64,000 bases of DNA from Myxococcota bacterium (lineage in GTDB: Bacteria; Myxococcota_A; UBA796; SXON01). Below are positions 44,253-54,121 of the stretch, piece by piece (the first letter of the stretch is position 1; each line of letters opens with the position of its first letter). The notes under the pieces were generated by a model. It was not told where the DNA came from. It did no database searches and was given only the letters and a program-made list of their open reading frames with translations. The stretch is from positions 64,001 to 128,000 of the forward strand of contig JAZKFH010000013.1 of the NCBI GenBank assembly GCA_040386535.1, read 5' to 3'. The position numbers were made by a program, and so were the translations under genes.

Positions 44253-46787
44253 CTACAACACCGGCGGCGCCACCTCGGGATCGCCGGCCCCCGCCTCCAC
44301 GTCTCCCTTGGCCTCGGCCCCCTCCACGATCGGCGCCACGGTGGGCGGGAGGGGCTCGACCACCGGGGCCTCGGGCGCCCGCGCGACCGGGTACGACAGG
44401 CCGAACGGGGGGAGGGGCGCGCCGTCCTCGAGGGTCGGCACTGGCAGCATTCCCGGCGGCACGCTGCCGCGCTCGAAGCCGAGCCACCGCTTGTCGGAGG
44501 GGAGGAGCACCACCCCGTCGGGCACCGGAAAACGTTCGTCGGGCACGTTCGGGAGCGCGGCCATGATGCGGCTCCACACGGGGAGGGCGGACTTGCCGCC
44601 GGTCTCCTTGTCGCCGATGGACGCGGTGCCGTCGGTGCCGACCCACACGGCCACGGTGTAGCGGGGCGAGTAGCCGACGAACCACGCGTCCACGAAGTTG
44701 GACGTGGTGCCGGTCTTTCCCGCGAAATCCATGCCCGGGCGGCGGCCCTTCTTGGCGGTGCCGGCGTCGAACACGTTGCGCATCATGTCGACCGTCACGT
44801 AGGCGGTGGCGGCGTCCATCACGCGGGTGCCGCCGCCGCCGGGCATCTCGCGCTCGCTCGCGCCGGGCACCGCCACGCGCTCTCCCGCCCGCGCGAGCTC
44901 GCGTCCGTTCCGGTCGAGCACGCGGGTGAGGTAGACCGGATCGATGTGGATGCCCATGCGGGCGATGGACGCGTAGCCGACGGCGAGGTCCATCGGGGTG
45001 ACCTCGGAGGAGCCGAGGGCCACGGTCAGATCGCGGCGGAGCGGTGTACGGACGCCCAGCGCGCTGGCGAGCGACGTGACCTTCTCGATGCCGATCTCGT
45101 AGCCGAGCCGCACGGCGACGGTGTTGAGCGAGAGCGCGATCGCGTTCCGGAGCGGGATGGGGCCGTGGTACTTGCCGTCGTAGTTCTTCGGGCGCCACAA
45201 CAGCCCGTTCGTGCCGGGGATGGCGAACGGGGCGTCGTTCACGATGTCGGTCTGGCGATAGCCGCTCGCCAGGGCCGCGGCGTAGACGAAGGGCTTGAAG
45301 GCGCTGCCCGCCTGCCGCTTCGCCTGGGTGGCGCGGATGAAGCCCTCCAGGCCGACGTCGAAGCCGCCGGAGATGGCGACGACGTTGCCGGTCTGGTTCT
45401 CGATGACGACGGCGGCGGACTCGGCCCACGGACGGGCGCGGCGATGTACGGTGCCCTCGGGGGGCGGCGCCGTGTCGGGGTCCCGCTCGGGGATGCAGAC
45501 GTCCAGCACGTCTCCGGGCTTCAGGACGGCCGAGAGCGCCTGCGGAGGCTTGCCGGAGCCCGTGCGCACCTTCGCCGCGAGATCCTCGGCCGCGAGGGTG
45601 AAGTGGTAGGGGCCGGCGTCGACCCCGCCCGCGGCGCCCACGGCGAGGCCCGAGAAACACTCGCCGGGGCCGGGGGGGCGGAAGGCGCCGGTCTGCGGGT
45701 CGAGCCGGAGGCGATCGCCGCGCTGGAGGAAGCCCGCGCGCGCCTCCTCCGGGATGTTCCGGGTCGGGCCACGCGCGCCCTGCCGGGTCTCGAGCGCCGC
45801 GAGCCCCTCGCGCACGGCGGCCTCGACCTCCATCTGGACCGCGGGCATCAGCGGGGTGTAGACCTGGAGCCCCTCGAGGAAGGGCAGATCCTCGCCGAAG
45901 ATGCGCCGCACCTCGCGCCGGGTCTCCGTGAGGAACGCGGTGTTGGCGCCGCGATCGGGCGACTGGCGCGGGACGAGCACCGGATCGGTGAGGTGGTCGC
46001 TGGCGGTCACCGCGTCGAGGAAGCCCTGGGCGACCATGAGCCGCAGCACGGTCTCGCGGCGGCTCGCGGCGAGCTCGGGATCGTGGCGGGGGGAGTAGCG
46101 CGACGGCGCGGGGACGAGGCCCGCGAGCATCGCGGCCTGCCCCGCGTCGAGCTCGCGCGCCGAGAGGCCGAAGTAGTCCTGGGCGGCGGCCTCCACCCCG
46201 TAGTTGCCGCTCCCGAGCGCGGCGTAGTTCACGTACAGCTCCAGGAGCTCCATCTTGTCGAGCTCGTCCTCCAATCGGTAGGCGAGGACCGCCTCGCGCA
46301 GCTTGCGACGGTAGCTGCGCTCCTTGCCGACGAGCAGGTTCTTCACGAGCTGCTGGGTGATGGTCGAGCCGCCCTGGCGGGTCTCGCCGCCACGCAGGTT
46401 CACCAGGAGCGCGCGCGCGATGCCGATGGGATCGACGCCTTCGTGCTCGAAGAAGCGACGGTCCTCGCTGGCGACGAAGGCCTGCCACACGTGCGGCGGC
46501 AGCTCGGCGATCGGCACCCACACGCGGCGCTCGAGGTAGAACTGATCGACCCGCGATCCGTCCGCCGCGAACACCTGCACGCTGCACGGGATACGGAATT
46601 CTGCGTCCCGGCCGAGCTCCGGCGGGAGCGTGGAGAGGATCTCCCGGTTGAACCAGGAATACCCGAAGCCCGCGGCGATCCCCGCCGCCACACCGGCCAC
46701 GATGCCGATGCCGAAGCTCCACCGGAGCACGCGGCCCGCCGCGTGGCCGAGCTTCTGGCGGAACGTGGTGGGCGGGCTGGGGCTCAT
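44253..46787 (-). CDS. mrcA: Class A penicillin-binding protein 1A (start uncertain)
   Basis: Transglycosylase EDRRF..H.GVD and GGSTITQQL.KN; transpeptidase SAFK, SLN and KTGT motifs. Confidence 0.93.
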   Translation of the reverse strand: MSPSPPTTFRQKLGHAAGRVLRWSFGIGIVAGVAAGIAAGFGYSWFNREILSTLPPELGRDAEFRIPCSVQVFAADGSRVDQFYLERRVWVPIAELPPHVWQAFVASEDRRFFEHEGVDPIGIARALLVNLRGGETRQGGSTITQQLVKNLLVGKERSYRRKLREAVLAYRLEDELDKMELLELYVNYAALGSGNYGVEAAAQDYFGLSARELDAGQAAMLAGLVPAPSRYSPRHDPELAASRRETVLRLMVAQGFLDAVTASDHLTDPVLVPRQSPDRGANTAFLTETRREVRRIFGEDLPFLEGLQVYTPLMPAVQMEVEAAVREGLAALETRQGARGPTRNIPEEARAGFLQRGDRLRLDPQTGAFRPPGPGECFSGLAVGAAGGVDAGPYHFTLAAEDLAAKVRTGSGKPPQALSAVLKPGDVLDVCIPERDPDTAPPPEGTVHRRARPWAESAAVVIENQTGNVVAISGGFDVGLEGFIRATQAKRQAGSAFKPFVYAAALASGYRQTDIVNDAPFAIPGTNGLLWRPKNYDGKYHGPIPLRNAIALSLNTVAVRLGYEIGIEKVTSLASALGVRTPLRRDLTVALGSSEVTPMDLAVGYASIARMGIHIDPVYLTRVLDRNGRELARAGERVAVPGASEREMPGGGGTRVMDAATAYVTVDMMRNVFDAGTAKKGRRPGMDFAGKTGTTSNFVDAWFVGYSPRYTVAVWVGTDGTASIGDKETGGKSALPVWSRIMAALPNVPDERFPVPDGVVLLPSDKRWLGFERGSVPPGMLPVPTLEDGAPLPPFGLSYPVARAPEAPVVEPLPPTVAPIVEGAEAKGDVEAGAGDPEVAPPVL

Positions 46788-48384
46788 CCTCTCGGCATGC
46801 GAAGGAGAGAGCCTAACGCCGGAAGCGGCCCCGGCGCCTTCCGGGCCGCTTGCGCCCGTCCTCACCGACGTGCGGCTGCCGCTCCTCGTGGTCGAGGACG
46901 CGTTCCGCTGGGACGACGAGTTCCGCGGGCTCGCCACCATGGCCATCGAGCTCGGCCTCTCCGACATCCCGGGAACGGTGGTCCGCGTCCCGGGGGACGG
47001 CGCGCCCCCGAGCGTGCTCATGGCGTTACCGGGGAGTCGTCGCCAGGTCGATGCGCGGTTCCTCGCGCGCGGCACCGACAAGGCCCTCGAGCTCGAGTTG
47101 GAGCTCTGTGTCGCGGGGGAGGGGTGCGAGTCCACGATCGCGACGGGGACGCGCGAAGCGCCCTGGGAGGCCTTCGGAGCGCTGCTCGAGGGGGCCTCGT
47201 CCGCGCTCGGGCAGCCCGTGCCCGACGAGGTCGCGGCGGCGTGGCGGAAGCCGGGATCGAAGGACCCCTACGCCGAGCTGATCACCGGTCGCGGCGCCGC
47301 GATCTACTACGGCATCCTCCCGCCACCGCAGGACCCCACCGATACCCGCCAGAACTCCGTCCGCCGCGCGGTCCTCATCGATCCCGAGCAGCCGATCGCG
47401 CTCTGGGCGTCCGCCCGATGGGAGGTCGGCGCCACGAGCGACGGCGGCAAGGCGGCCGATCTGCTCGCGCGCGCCGCGCTCGTCCGCCCCCACTCCCGGA
47501 TCCTCGACGCCGACCGGGCGACCGTGCTCAGCGCCACCGGCAAGGCCGATCAGGCCGTGCTCGCCTGGGAGCAGCTGCGCGGCGGCGCGATGAACGATCC
47601 ACGGTTCCTCGAGCCCACGGCGCGCGCGCTCCTCGCCGCCCGCCGCCCCGCGGACGCGCGCGTCGTGCTCGACGCCCTCCCGACGGAGTTCCGCTGGATC
47701 CCCCGCGTGGCCGAGCTGCGCGTGGCGATCACCGAGGCCGTGGATGGGACGGCGGGCCTCGATCCGCTCCTCGCGCACTGGCAGGAGACCGACCCGCGCG
47801 CCGTCGCGCCCGTGCGGCGCCGCCTCGATCTGCGCGTCCAGGGGCAGCGCTTCGAGGAGGCGTTGGGCCTCTTGCCCGCGCTCCGCTCCCGCGCGCCCGG
47901 GCCCCTCACCGACGCGTTGGAAGTCGCGCTGCTCGTGGCCGTCGGGCGCGTGCGGGACGCCGCCGATCGCGCCCCCGCGGAGGTGGCCGCGCGGCTCCAG
48001 GCGCGCGCGGAACGTACGCTCGATCCCGGCTCGCCCGTCGCCGGGCTCCCGCGCGAGGACGTCGAGGCGAGGCTGGCCCGCGCGGACGGCCTGGTCTACC
48101 GGGGAGAGGCCGCGCAGGCCCTCCTCGAGGTGGACGAGGCGCTCGCCGAGCGCCCCTGGCGGGCAGAGGCCCACGTCGTGAAGGCGCGCGCGCTCGAGCG
48201 GCTGGGGCGCACCGAGGCGTCGAGCGAGGAGTGGCAGCTCGCCTGGGAGATCGATCCCGCGTTGGAGGGCGGCCCCGTGGCGGTGACGCGCATCGCGAGC
48301 ACGTTCCGGTACGTCGTCTCGGCGCCGCCGCTGGAGGTGGGCGCCGCGCCGCCCCCGGTCGGGCGCCTGGGCCCAGAATTGTAG
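46765..48384 (+). CDS. TPR-like helical-repeat putative lipoprotein (start uncertain)
   Basis: GTG 46765 gives (M)VGGLGLILSA-C; Ala/Leu-rich helices with A...DP / P...EAH...A..L..LGR..EA TPR patterns. Confidence 0.65.
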   Translation: MVGGLGLILSACEGESLTPEAAPAPSGPLAPVLTDVRLPLLVVEDAFRWDDEFRGLATMAIELGLSDIPGTVVRVPGDGAPPSVLMALPGSRRQVDARFLARGTDKALELELELCVAGEGCESTIATGTREAPWEAFGALLEGASSALGQPVPDEVAAAWRKPGSKDPYAELITGRGAAIYYGILPPPQDPTDTRQNSVRRAVLIDPEQPIALWASARWEVGATSDGGKAADLLARAALVRPHSRILDADRATVLSATGKADQAVLAWEQLRGGAMNDPRFLEPTARALLAARRPADARVVLDALPTEFRWIPRVAELRVAITEAVDGTAGLDPLLAHWQETDPRAVAPVRRRLDLRVQGQRFEEALGLLPALRSRAPGPLTDALEVALLVAVGRVRDAADRAPAEVAARLQARAERTLDPGSPVAGLPREDVEARLARADGLVYRGEAAQALLEVDEALAERPWRAEAHVVKARALERLGRTEASSEEWQLAWEIDPALEGGPVAVTRIASTFRYVVSAPPLEVGAAPPPVGRLGPEL

Positions 48385-48498
48385 CGGTCGAGCGCGCTTG
48401 TCGTCGTCGGCTTGCTTTTGCTCTCCGTTTGTGACAAAGGGGCCCGTGGCGAGCCCGACCTGCGCAGCGTAGACGGGGCGGCCATCCTTGGAGTCGCC

Positions 48499-49944
48499 TT
48501 GCACCTTCCGTCGTTCCGCTCCCCCATCGCCATCGCGGCCCTGCTGCTCCTCCCGACCGCCGCGCACGCGGAGTACCCGACAGGCGTCTACCTGGGCCTG
48601 CACGGCGGAGCCGGGCTCCCGCTGCGCCCGTGGGACCTCGGCGGCGGCGTGGCGAACCCGGACGGCCTGCAGGCGGACGGGGTGCGGCCCTCCATGGACG
48701 TGCGCGGGCTCGTCGGCGCGCGCGTCGGCTACCAGATCATCCCCCGCCTCGGGGTGGAGCTCGGCGCGTCGTACACCGGCATGCCCTCGACGGCCGGCGG
48801 CGCGAACACGACATTCCTCTACGATCTCGACGCCTTCTTCCACTTCACCAACACCGACTGGGCGCCCTACGTGCTCCTCGGCGTCGGCGGCTACCACGCG
48901 CTCGAGGGCGGCGACCTCGGCTCCGACTTCGATCCCACCGGCAAGCTCGGCCTCGGGCTCCGCGGGCTCATGCTCCCCTGGCTGGCCCTGCGCGTCGAGG
49001 CGCGCGACATCGTGACCGACGGCTTCGACGATTCCGGTGCGAACAACCTCGAGTTCCGGCTCGGGCTGGATCTGTTTCCCGGGTCGCTCAAGCCGAAGGA
49101 CAGCGACGAGGACGGCATCCCCGACGAGGACGACACCTGCCCCACGGTGGCGGGCGTCAAGAGCGCCAACGGGTGCCCGGACAGCGATGGCGACTCGGTC
49201 ACGGACGCGTCGGACAACTGCGCCGACACCCCGGGCGAGGTCAAGCTCCAGGGCTGCGTGGACAGCGACAAGGACGGCATCATCGATCCGCAGGACCAGT
49301 GCCCGATGGAGCCCGGCCGCGACGAGAACGGTGGCTGCCCCGACAGCGACCGTGACGGCGTGCTCGACAAGGACGACGCGTGCCCCGACGTGTCCGGCAA
49401 GAAGGAGCTCGCGGGCTGCCCCGACGCCGACAGCGACGGCATCGTCGACGCGGATGACGCCTGCCCGCAGGACGCCGGCCCGCGCCGCACCAACGGCTGC
49501 CCCGACCGCGACAAGGACGGGGTGACCGACACCCTGGACAAGTGTCCCGACGTTCCCGGCCTCGTGGACTACGAGGGGTGCGTGCCCGAAGCGATGAAGA
49601 AGTTCACGGGCGCCATCAAGGGCATCAACTTCGAGACCGGCAGCGCCCGCATCCTCTCCAACTCCTACGCCCTGCTCGACAAGGCGGTGGCGGTGATGAA
49701 CGAGTTCCCGGACGTGAAGCTCCGCATCGAGGGCCACACGGACGACGTGGGCAACGACACGTTCAACCTCGAGCTCTCGCAGGACCGCGCCGACTCCGTG
49801 ATGGCGTACCTCGTGGCGAAGGCGATCGACCCGAGCCGGTTGACCGCCGGCGGCTTCGGCGAGACCCGCCCCGTCGGCGACAACAAGTCCTCGAAGGGGC
49901 GGAGCGCGAACCGTCGCATCGAGTTTGTGCTCGTCACCGAGTAG
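48499..49944 (+). CDS. OmpA family protein: N-terminal beta-barrel, 6 TSP type-3 repeats, OmpA peptidoglycan-binding domain
   Basis: GGAG RBS plus TTG; AHA-E signal; D.D.DG..D..D.CP x6; EGHTD, LSQ.RA..V..YL and NRRIEF motifs. Confidence 0.92.
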   Translation: MHLPSFRSPIAIAALLLLPTAAHAEYPTGVYLGLHGGAGLPLRPWDLGGGVANPDGLQADGVRPSMDVRGLVGARVGYQIIPRLGVELGASYTGMPSTAGGANTTFLYDLDAFFHFTNTDWAPYVLLGVGGYHALEGGDLGSDFDPTGKLGLGLRGLMLPWLALRVEARDIVTDGFDDSGANNLEFRLGLDLFPGSLKPKDSDEDGIPDEDDTCPTVAGVKSANGCPDSDGDSVTDASDNCADTPGEVKLQGCVDSDKDGIIDPQDQCPMEPGRDENGGCPDSDRDGVLDKDDACPDVSGKKELAGCPDADSDGIVDADDACPQDAGPRRTNGCPDRDKDGVTDTLDKCPDVPGLVDYEGCVPEAMKKFTGAIKGINFETGSARILSNSYALLDKAVAVMNEFPDVKLRIEGHTDDVGNDTFNLELSQDRADSVMAYLVAKAIDPSRLTAGGFGETRPVGDNKSSKGRSANRRIEFVLVTE

Positions 49945-50101
49945 AGCCGGGATTCGAGCGGGGGCCTCGGCCCCCGGCGTCGACTGAAGGGGCGGTGAAA
50001 GTATGGCAAAGCTCGCGGTATGGGCGGGTTTTCTGTCGAGCTCGACCTGAATCGTCCCTTCGAACCGCCGCATCCACCCCCGACGGATTATTGCTCGCCG
50101 C

Positions 50102-51139
50102 ATGCAACGCACTGGACAGACCAATGTTGTCGTGGGGCTCACCCTGACCATCCTGGTCGGGTTCGCCGCGATCGCCATCGACGTGTCTTCGGCCCGGGTG
50201 TCCCGGCACCAGCTGGGCAATGCCGCGGAGGCCGCCGCGCATGCGGGGGCTGCCCAGCTCGACGGCTCGGTCGAGGGCATGGACGCGGCGCGGGCCTCGG
50301 CCCTGGTGGTGGCCGAGGAGAACTTCGTGGCGGGGCTCCCGGTGAACCTCGATCTGAACGCCGACAACACCCCCGAGGGGGACGTCGTGCTCGGCTTCTG
50401 GTCGGGCGGCGCGTTCGTGCCCTCCGCCGATCCCGCGCTGGTGACCAGCGTGCGGGTGCTGGCCGAGCGGGACGATCTGCGGTCCACCTTTGCGCGCGTG
50501 GCGTTCGATGCCGACACGCTGGCGGCGGGTGACTTCGCGATCGCGCAGGCCGGTGGCCCCTCCGAGTCGGAGTGCCCGCTTCCCCTTGCCCTGGCGGACT
50601 GTGAGATCGCCGCGGTGGCGGACTCGTGCAACCTGAACGTGGTGCTCAACAGTGACCGCCTCGACAACGGCGCCTGGGCCCGCAAGGGTGGCGCGCAGGC
50701 CAACGCGTCCTACATCCGGAATTCGCTCAACTCCGCCACGTGCGCGGCCGAGAGTGAGATGGGCGAGATCCTCACGTTGAACAACGGCTCGGTCGCCAGC
50801 GGCCTCAAGGAGCTCAGCGACGCGGTGAACGCCTCCACCACCCTCTGGGATCCCGTCACCATGGGCGTCCAGCCCACCAAGCTCGCCAACAGCAGCATCA
50901 GCTCCTACGGCAAGGTCTTCTACGGCCAGCTCATGGTCTTCCATGACCCCGGCAACTGCACGAACACCAAGTACAACGGCACCCGCGAGGTCATCGGCTA
51001 CGCGACCGCCGTGGTGTACGACGTGGTGCCCACCGGCGGAAGCAAGTCGCTGAGGATGCGAATCGCGTGCGACGAGAACCCCGCGGCGGGCGGCGGTGCC
51101 TACTTCGGAACGACTGTGCCCCCCCGGTTCGTCCGTTGA
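50102..51139 (+). CDS. TadG-like pilus assembly protein
   Basis: G-cleavage then hydrophobic stretch, AID......R.QL.NAAEAAA.AGA Tad N-terminal motif. Confidence 0.8.
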   Translation: MQRTGQTNVVVGLTLTILVGFAAIAIDVSSARVSRHQLGNAAEAAAHAGAAQLDGSVEGMDAARASALVVAEENFVAGLPVNLDLNADNTPEGDVVLGFWSGGAFVPSADPALVTSVRVLAERDDLRSTFARVAFDADTLAAGDFAIAQAGGPSESECPLPLALADCEIAAVADSCNLNVVLNSDRLDNGAWARKGGAQANASYIRNSLNSATCAAESEMGEILTLNNGSVASGLKELSDAVNASTTLWDPVTMGVQPTKLANSSISSYGKVFYGQLMVFHDPGNCTNTKYNGTREVIGYATAVVYDVVPTGGSKSLRMRIACDENPAAGGGAYFGTTVPPRFVR

Positions 51140-51153
51140 CGAAGGAGATCTCC

Positions 51154-51567
51154 ATGGCTCGTCGCCCTGTCCGTCGCGGTGCCGCGGCGCTCGAATTCGC
51201 GCTCGTGTTGCCCGTGCTGCTCGCCCTCACGGTCGGCATCATCGACTTCGGATGGTACTTCCAGGCCAACGGGCGTGTCGTGGCCGCGGTTCGCGAGGGG
51301 ACCCGCCTCGGCGTCACCTACGCGACCGATGACAGCCCCACCCCCGAAGACGCCGCCGAGGCGCGCATCGCCGCGGTCCTCACCGAGTACAACTTCGACG
51401 CCGCCTCCGCCGACGTGGTGACCGAGTACATCGGGACCGCGCCGGACGAGATGCTCAAGGTCACGGTCACGCTGCCGTTCGATCCGCTCATCGGGCTGGT
51501 CCGCGTGGTGCTGCCGGTCGAGTTGAAGGCCTCGATGACCATGCTGCTGGAGCAGCAGGACAGCTAG
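51154..51567 (+). CDS. TadE-like pseudopilin
   Basis: AAGGAG RBS; RG-AAALEFALVLP.L....GI.DFG...A.REG.R motif. Confidence 0.9.
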   Translation: MARRPVRRGAAALEFALVLPVLLALTVGIIDFGWYFQANGRVVAAVREGTRLGVTYATDDSPTPEDAAEARIAAVLTEYNFDAASADVVTEYIGTAPDEMLKVTVTLPFDPLIGLVRVVLPVELKASMTMLLEQQDS

Positions 51568-51597
51568 GAACGACCGCTCTCGTTCCGCGTCCCCGGC

Positions 51598-52341
51598 TCA
51601 CGGCACCGTCGGGAGCTCCTCTACGACGGGCGGCCCCAGGACCGCGCCGGGCTCGACCTTCTCCAGGGTGCAGCCGCACGTCGGGCTGGCGGACCAGCAC
51701 GCCTGCCCCGGGACGAGGACCACCGACTCCTCGGCCCGGGCGCCGCCTGGGCAGATCCACCCGTCGCCGAGGGCGAGCACCGCCACGTAGGCGGTGGTCT
51801 CCTCGCGCACGGGGGTGTCCAACATCGTGATCCCGGGGGTGCTCGCCAGCGCCGATACGGGGCACGCGCCGAGCACCGGGCGGACGAACGCGGCCTCCCA
51901 CGCGCTCGCCTCGAGCACGGCGCGCGCGCTCCGGTCCGCCTCGGCGACGCGGCGGTCGAGCCGGATCGCCCACGCCGTGTCGACCAGCGGCGCCACGGTG
52001 GCGGCGGCGCGGATCCTGCGCACCCGCTCGGCCTGCACCCGGGCGGCCTGACTGGCCTCGCGCCACGCGCTGCCGAACCGCTCGATCCGCCAGCCGAGGT
52101 CGACCCGCGCGGGGTCGGCGCACACGGACTTCGGGGCGACCAGGCCCGTCCACGCGGCCTGCAGGCGTGATGTGGCGCGCTCGGTCGCGATGGCCGTGTT
52201 CAGCAGCGCGTCGAGGCGCCCCTCCGCGGCGAGCAGCTCGGGCACGCCCGGAGCGAGGTCCTGGGGGGCCGCGCGCGCCACGTCGGTCACGACGGAGCAG
52301 GCAAGAGCCACCACGAGGGTGGCGAGCACGACGCGCCTCAC
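51598..52341 (-). CDS. Hypothetical secreted protein (helical bundle, Cys-rich C-terminus)
   Basis: GTGA overlap with the ABC ATPase stop; GGAGG RBS; signal-peptide-like N-terminus; WICP..CW....CGC. Confidence 0.6.
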   Translation of the reverse strand: MRRVVLATLVVALACSVVTDVARAAPQDLAPGVPELLAAEGRLDALLNTAIATERATSRLQAAWTGLVAPKSVCADPARVDLGWRIERFGSAWREASQAARVQAERVRRIRAAATVAPLVDTAWAIRLDRRVAEADRSARAVLEASAWEAAFVRPVLGACPVSALASTPGITMLDTPVREETTAYVAVLALGDGWICPGGARAEESVVLVPGQACWSASPTCGCTLEKVEPGAVLGPPVVEELPTVP

Positions 52342-53216
52342 GCTACCTCCCCGTCGGCGAAGTAGCGCCGCTCGAGCGACTCGCCGCGCCGCACCTCGGC
52401 GATCCGCGCGCCTTCGGAGAGGAGGGCGCGCAGGAGCTCGGACGTGGCGTCCTCGGGGGGCACGCCCTCGGGGACACGCAGGGTGACCACCTCGCCGCGG
52501 CCGGCCGGGTAGGGCGGCGCGAGGCGCACGAACACCTCGCGGTCGCGCCCGGTGAGGGCCGCGAGCGGGCCGGCGCGCGTGCACCGCCCCTTGTCGATGA
52601 ACACGACCCAGTCGCAGATCTGCTCGAGCTCCGCGAGGTTGTGCGAGCTCACCAGCACGGTGCGGCGGCCCTGCTCGGCGGCGATGCGGTCGCGCAGGTG
52701 CCGGGCCTGTGCCGGGTCGAGCCCGGACGTGGGTTCGTCGAGCATCACGAGCTCCGGGTCTCCGAGCAGGGCGGAGGCGACGGTGACGCGGCGGCGCATG
52801 CCGTGGGAGAGGGTGCCGACGCGCGCGTCGGCGCGGTCGGAGAGCAGGACGGCCTCGAGCACCCCGTCGACCGCGCGGCGCGCCGCGGGCCCGTCGAGGC
52901 CCTGGAGCCGCGCCCACACCGTGAGCAATTGGCGCGGGGTCGAGGCGGTGGGCAGCTCCGCGTCTTGCGGGAGGATGCCGACCCGCCCGCGGTGGGTGTC
53001 GGGCGAGAAGGGGCCACGTCCCAACAGATCGACGGTGCCCTCGTCCGGCGCGAGGAACCCCGCGAGGATGGACATGGTCGTGGTCTTGCCTGCGCCGTTG
53101 GGCCCCACGAGCCCGCAGATCGAGCCCACGGGCACGACCAGGTCGAGCCCGTCGAGCGCACGTGCCTTGCGATACCGCTTGACCAGCCCCTGGCACCGGA
53201 TGGCGTCGACGCTCAC
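52338..53216 (-). CDS. ABC transporter ATP-binding protein
   Basis: GPNGAGKTT, LSHGMRRR, MLDEPTSGLDP and SSH motifs. Confidence 0.95.
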   Translation of the reverse strand: MSVDAIRCQGLVKRYRKARALDGLDLVVPVGSICGLVGPNGAGKTTTMSILAGFLAPDEGTVDLLGRGPFSPDTHRGRVGILPQDAELPTASTPRQLLTVWARLQGLDGPAARRAVDGVLEAVLLSDRADARVGTLSHGMRRRVTVASALLGDPELVMLDEPTSGLDPAQARHLRDRIAAEQGRRTVLVSSHNLAELEQICDWVVFIDKGRCTRAGPLAALTGRDREVFVRLAPPYPAGRGEVVTLRVPEGVPPEDATSELLRALLSEGARIAEVRRGESLERRYFADGEVA

Positions 53217-54121
53217 AGGTCCCTCCGCGCGAAGACCACGTGCCCGAGTGAATAGTAGAGCACCGCGAGCACCACGCTCCGCGCGACCGCGCCCCCGAAC
53301 GTGGCGAGATCGAGCGACCAGAAGTCGACCCACGCGGACGTGGCGATGAACATCCCCGCGAGGTCGGCGAGGCGCCCGATGACGGTGATGCCGGCGCTCT
53401 CGGCGAGCCAATACGCCGCGATCGGCATGGCGAGCAGGATGCCGGCGGCCACGACGCGCGCGCCGTTGGGGGAGGGGATCCACTGCGACGCGGCGAGGCC
53501 CAGCCCGGCGAACGGGAGCGCCCAAACGGCGGCGCGCGCGGTCCGGTCGAGGATGGAGAGAGCGAGCTCGATGGGCGCGTTGCCGCTCATCAGGGTCATC
53601 CCCATGCCCCACGCGACCACGCCGCCGATCACGGCGGCCACGGCGGCGATGAGGAGCTGCCCGAACAGCTTGCCGAGGCCGATCTGCAGGCGTCCGGTGC
53701 GGCACAACAGGTAGCGCACGCTCCGGCTCTTCACCTCCGCGGCGATCGAGCCGGACGCGGAGAACAGCAGCACCACCGGGAGCAGCGCCATCGACGCCAT
53801 GCCGGTCCAGAGGCCGAGCAGCGGCTCTTCCAGGAGCTTCGTCGCGTTGGTCTCGGAGCCGACGATCCCGGCCACCAGCCGAACCAGCTCGCCGTTGTTC
53901 AGGAGGGTCCCCATCATCGCGCCGGGGCGCTCGGTGGCGGGCACGCCGAGCGTGGCGGCGGCAGTCTGCTCCAGGCTCTTGAGGATCTGGACGAGGATCC
54001 ACGTCGCGGCCGCGATGCCGCCGGCGTAGCCGAGGAGCACGAGCTGGAACAGGCGCGTGCGCACGGCCTCGCCGAGCTCGTAGACCGCCACCCACCAAAC
54101 GTCCGCGAGAAAACGACTCAC
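53213..54121 (-). CDS. ABC-2 type transporter permease
   Basis: 6 TM helices; IAAE...RS.RYLL.R..R..I.LGK motif; ends F.RRDL. Confidence 0.88.
   Translation of the reverse strand: MSRFLADVWWVAVYELGEAVRTRLFQLVLLGYAGGIAAATWILVQILKSLEQTAAATLGVPATERPGAMMGTLLNNGELVRLVAGIVGSETNATKLLEEPLLGLWTGMASMALLPVVLLFSASGSIAAEVKSRSVRYLLCRTGRLQIGLGKLFGQLLIAAVAAVIGGVVAWGMGMTLMSGNAPIELALSILDRTARAAVWALPFAGLGLAASQWIPSPNGARVVAAGILLAMPIAAYWLAESAGITVIGRLADLAGMFIATSAWVDFWSLDLATFGGAVARSVVLAVLYYSLGHVVFARRDL

Noticed and set aside
49990..50040. GAAA...GCAAAGC as a c-di-GMP-I riboswitch, or TGGCA as a sigma54 promoter, before tadG
   Set aside because: The upstream GGCAAA stem is missing, and GG-N10-GC spacing is not met.
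1544..51567. Genome-wide TAG reassignment
   Set aside because: Tex, OmpA, aldolase and others end in TAG at normal C-termini, and no conserved domain is interrupted by TAG.
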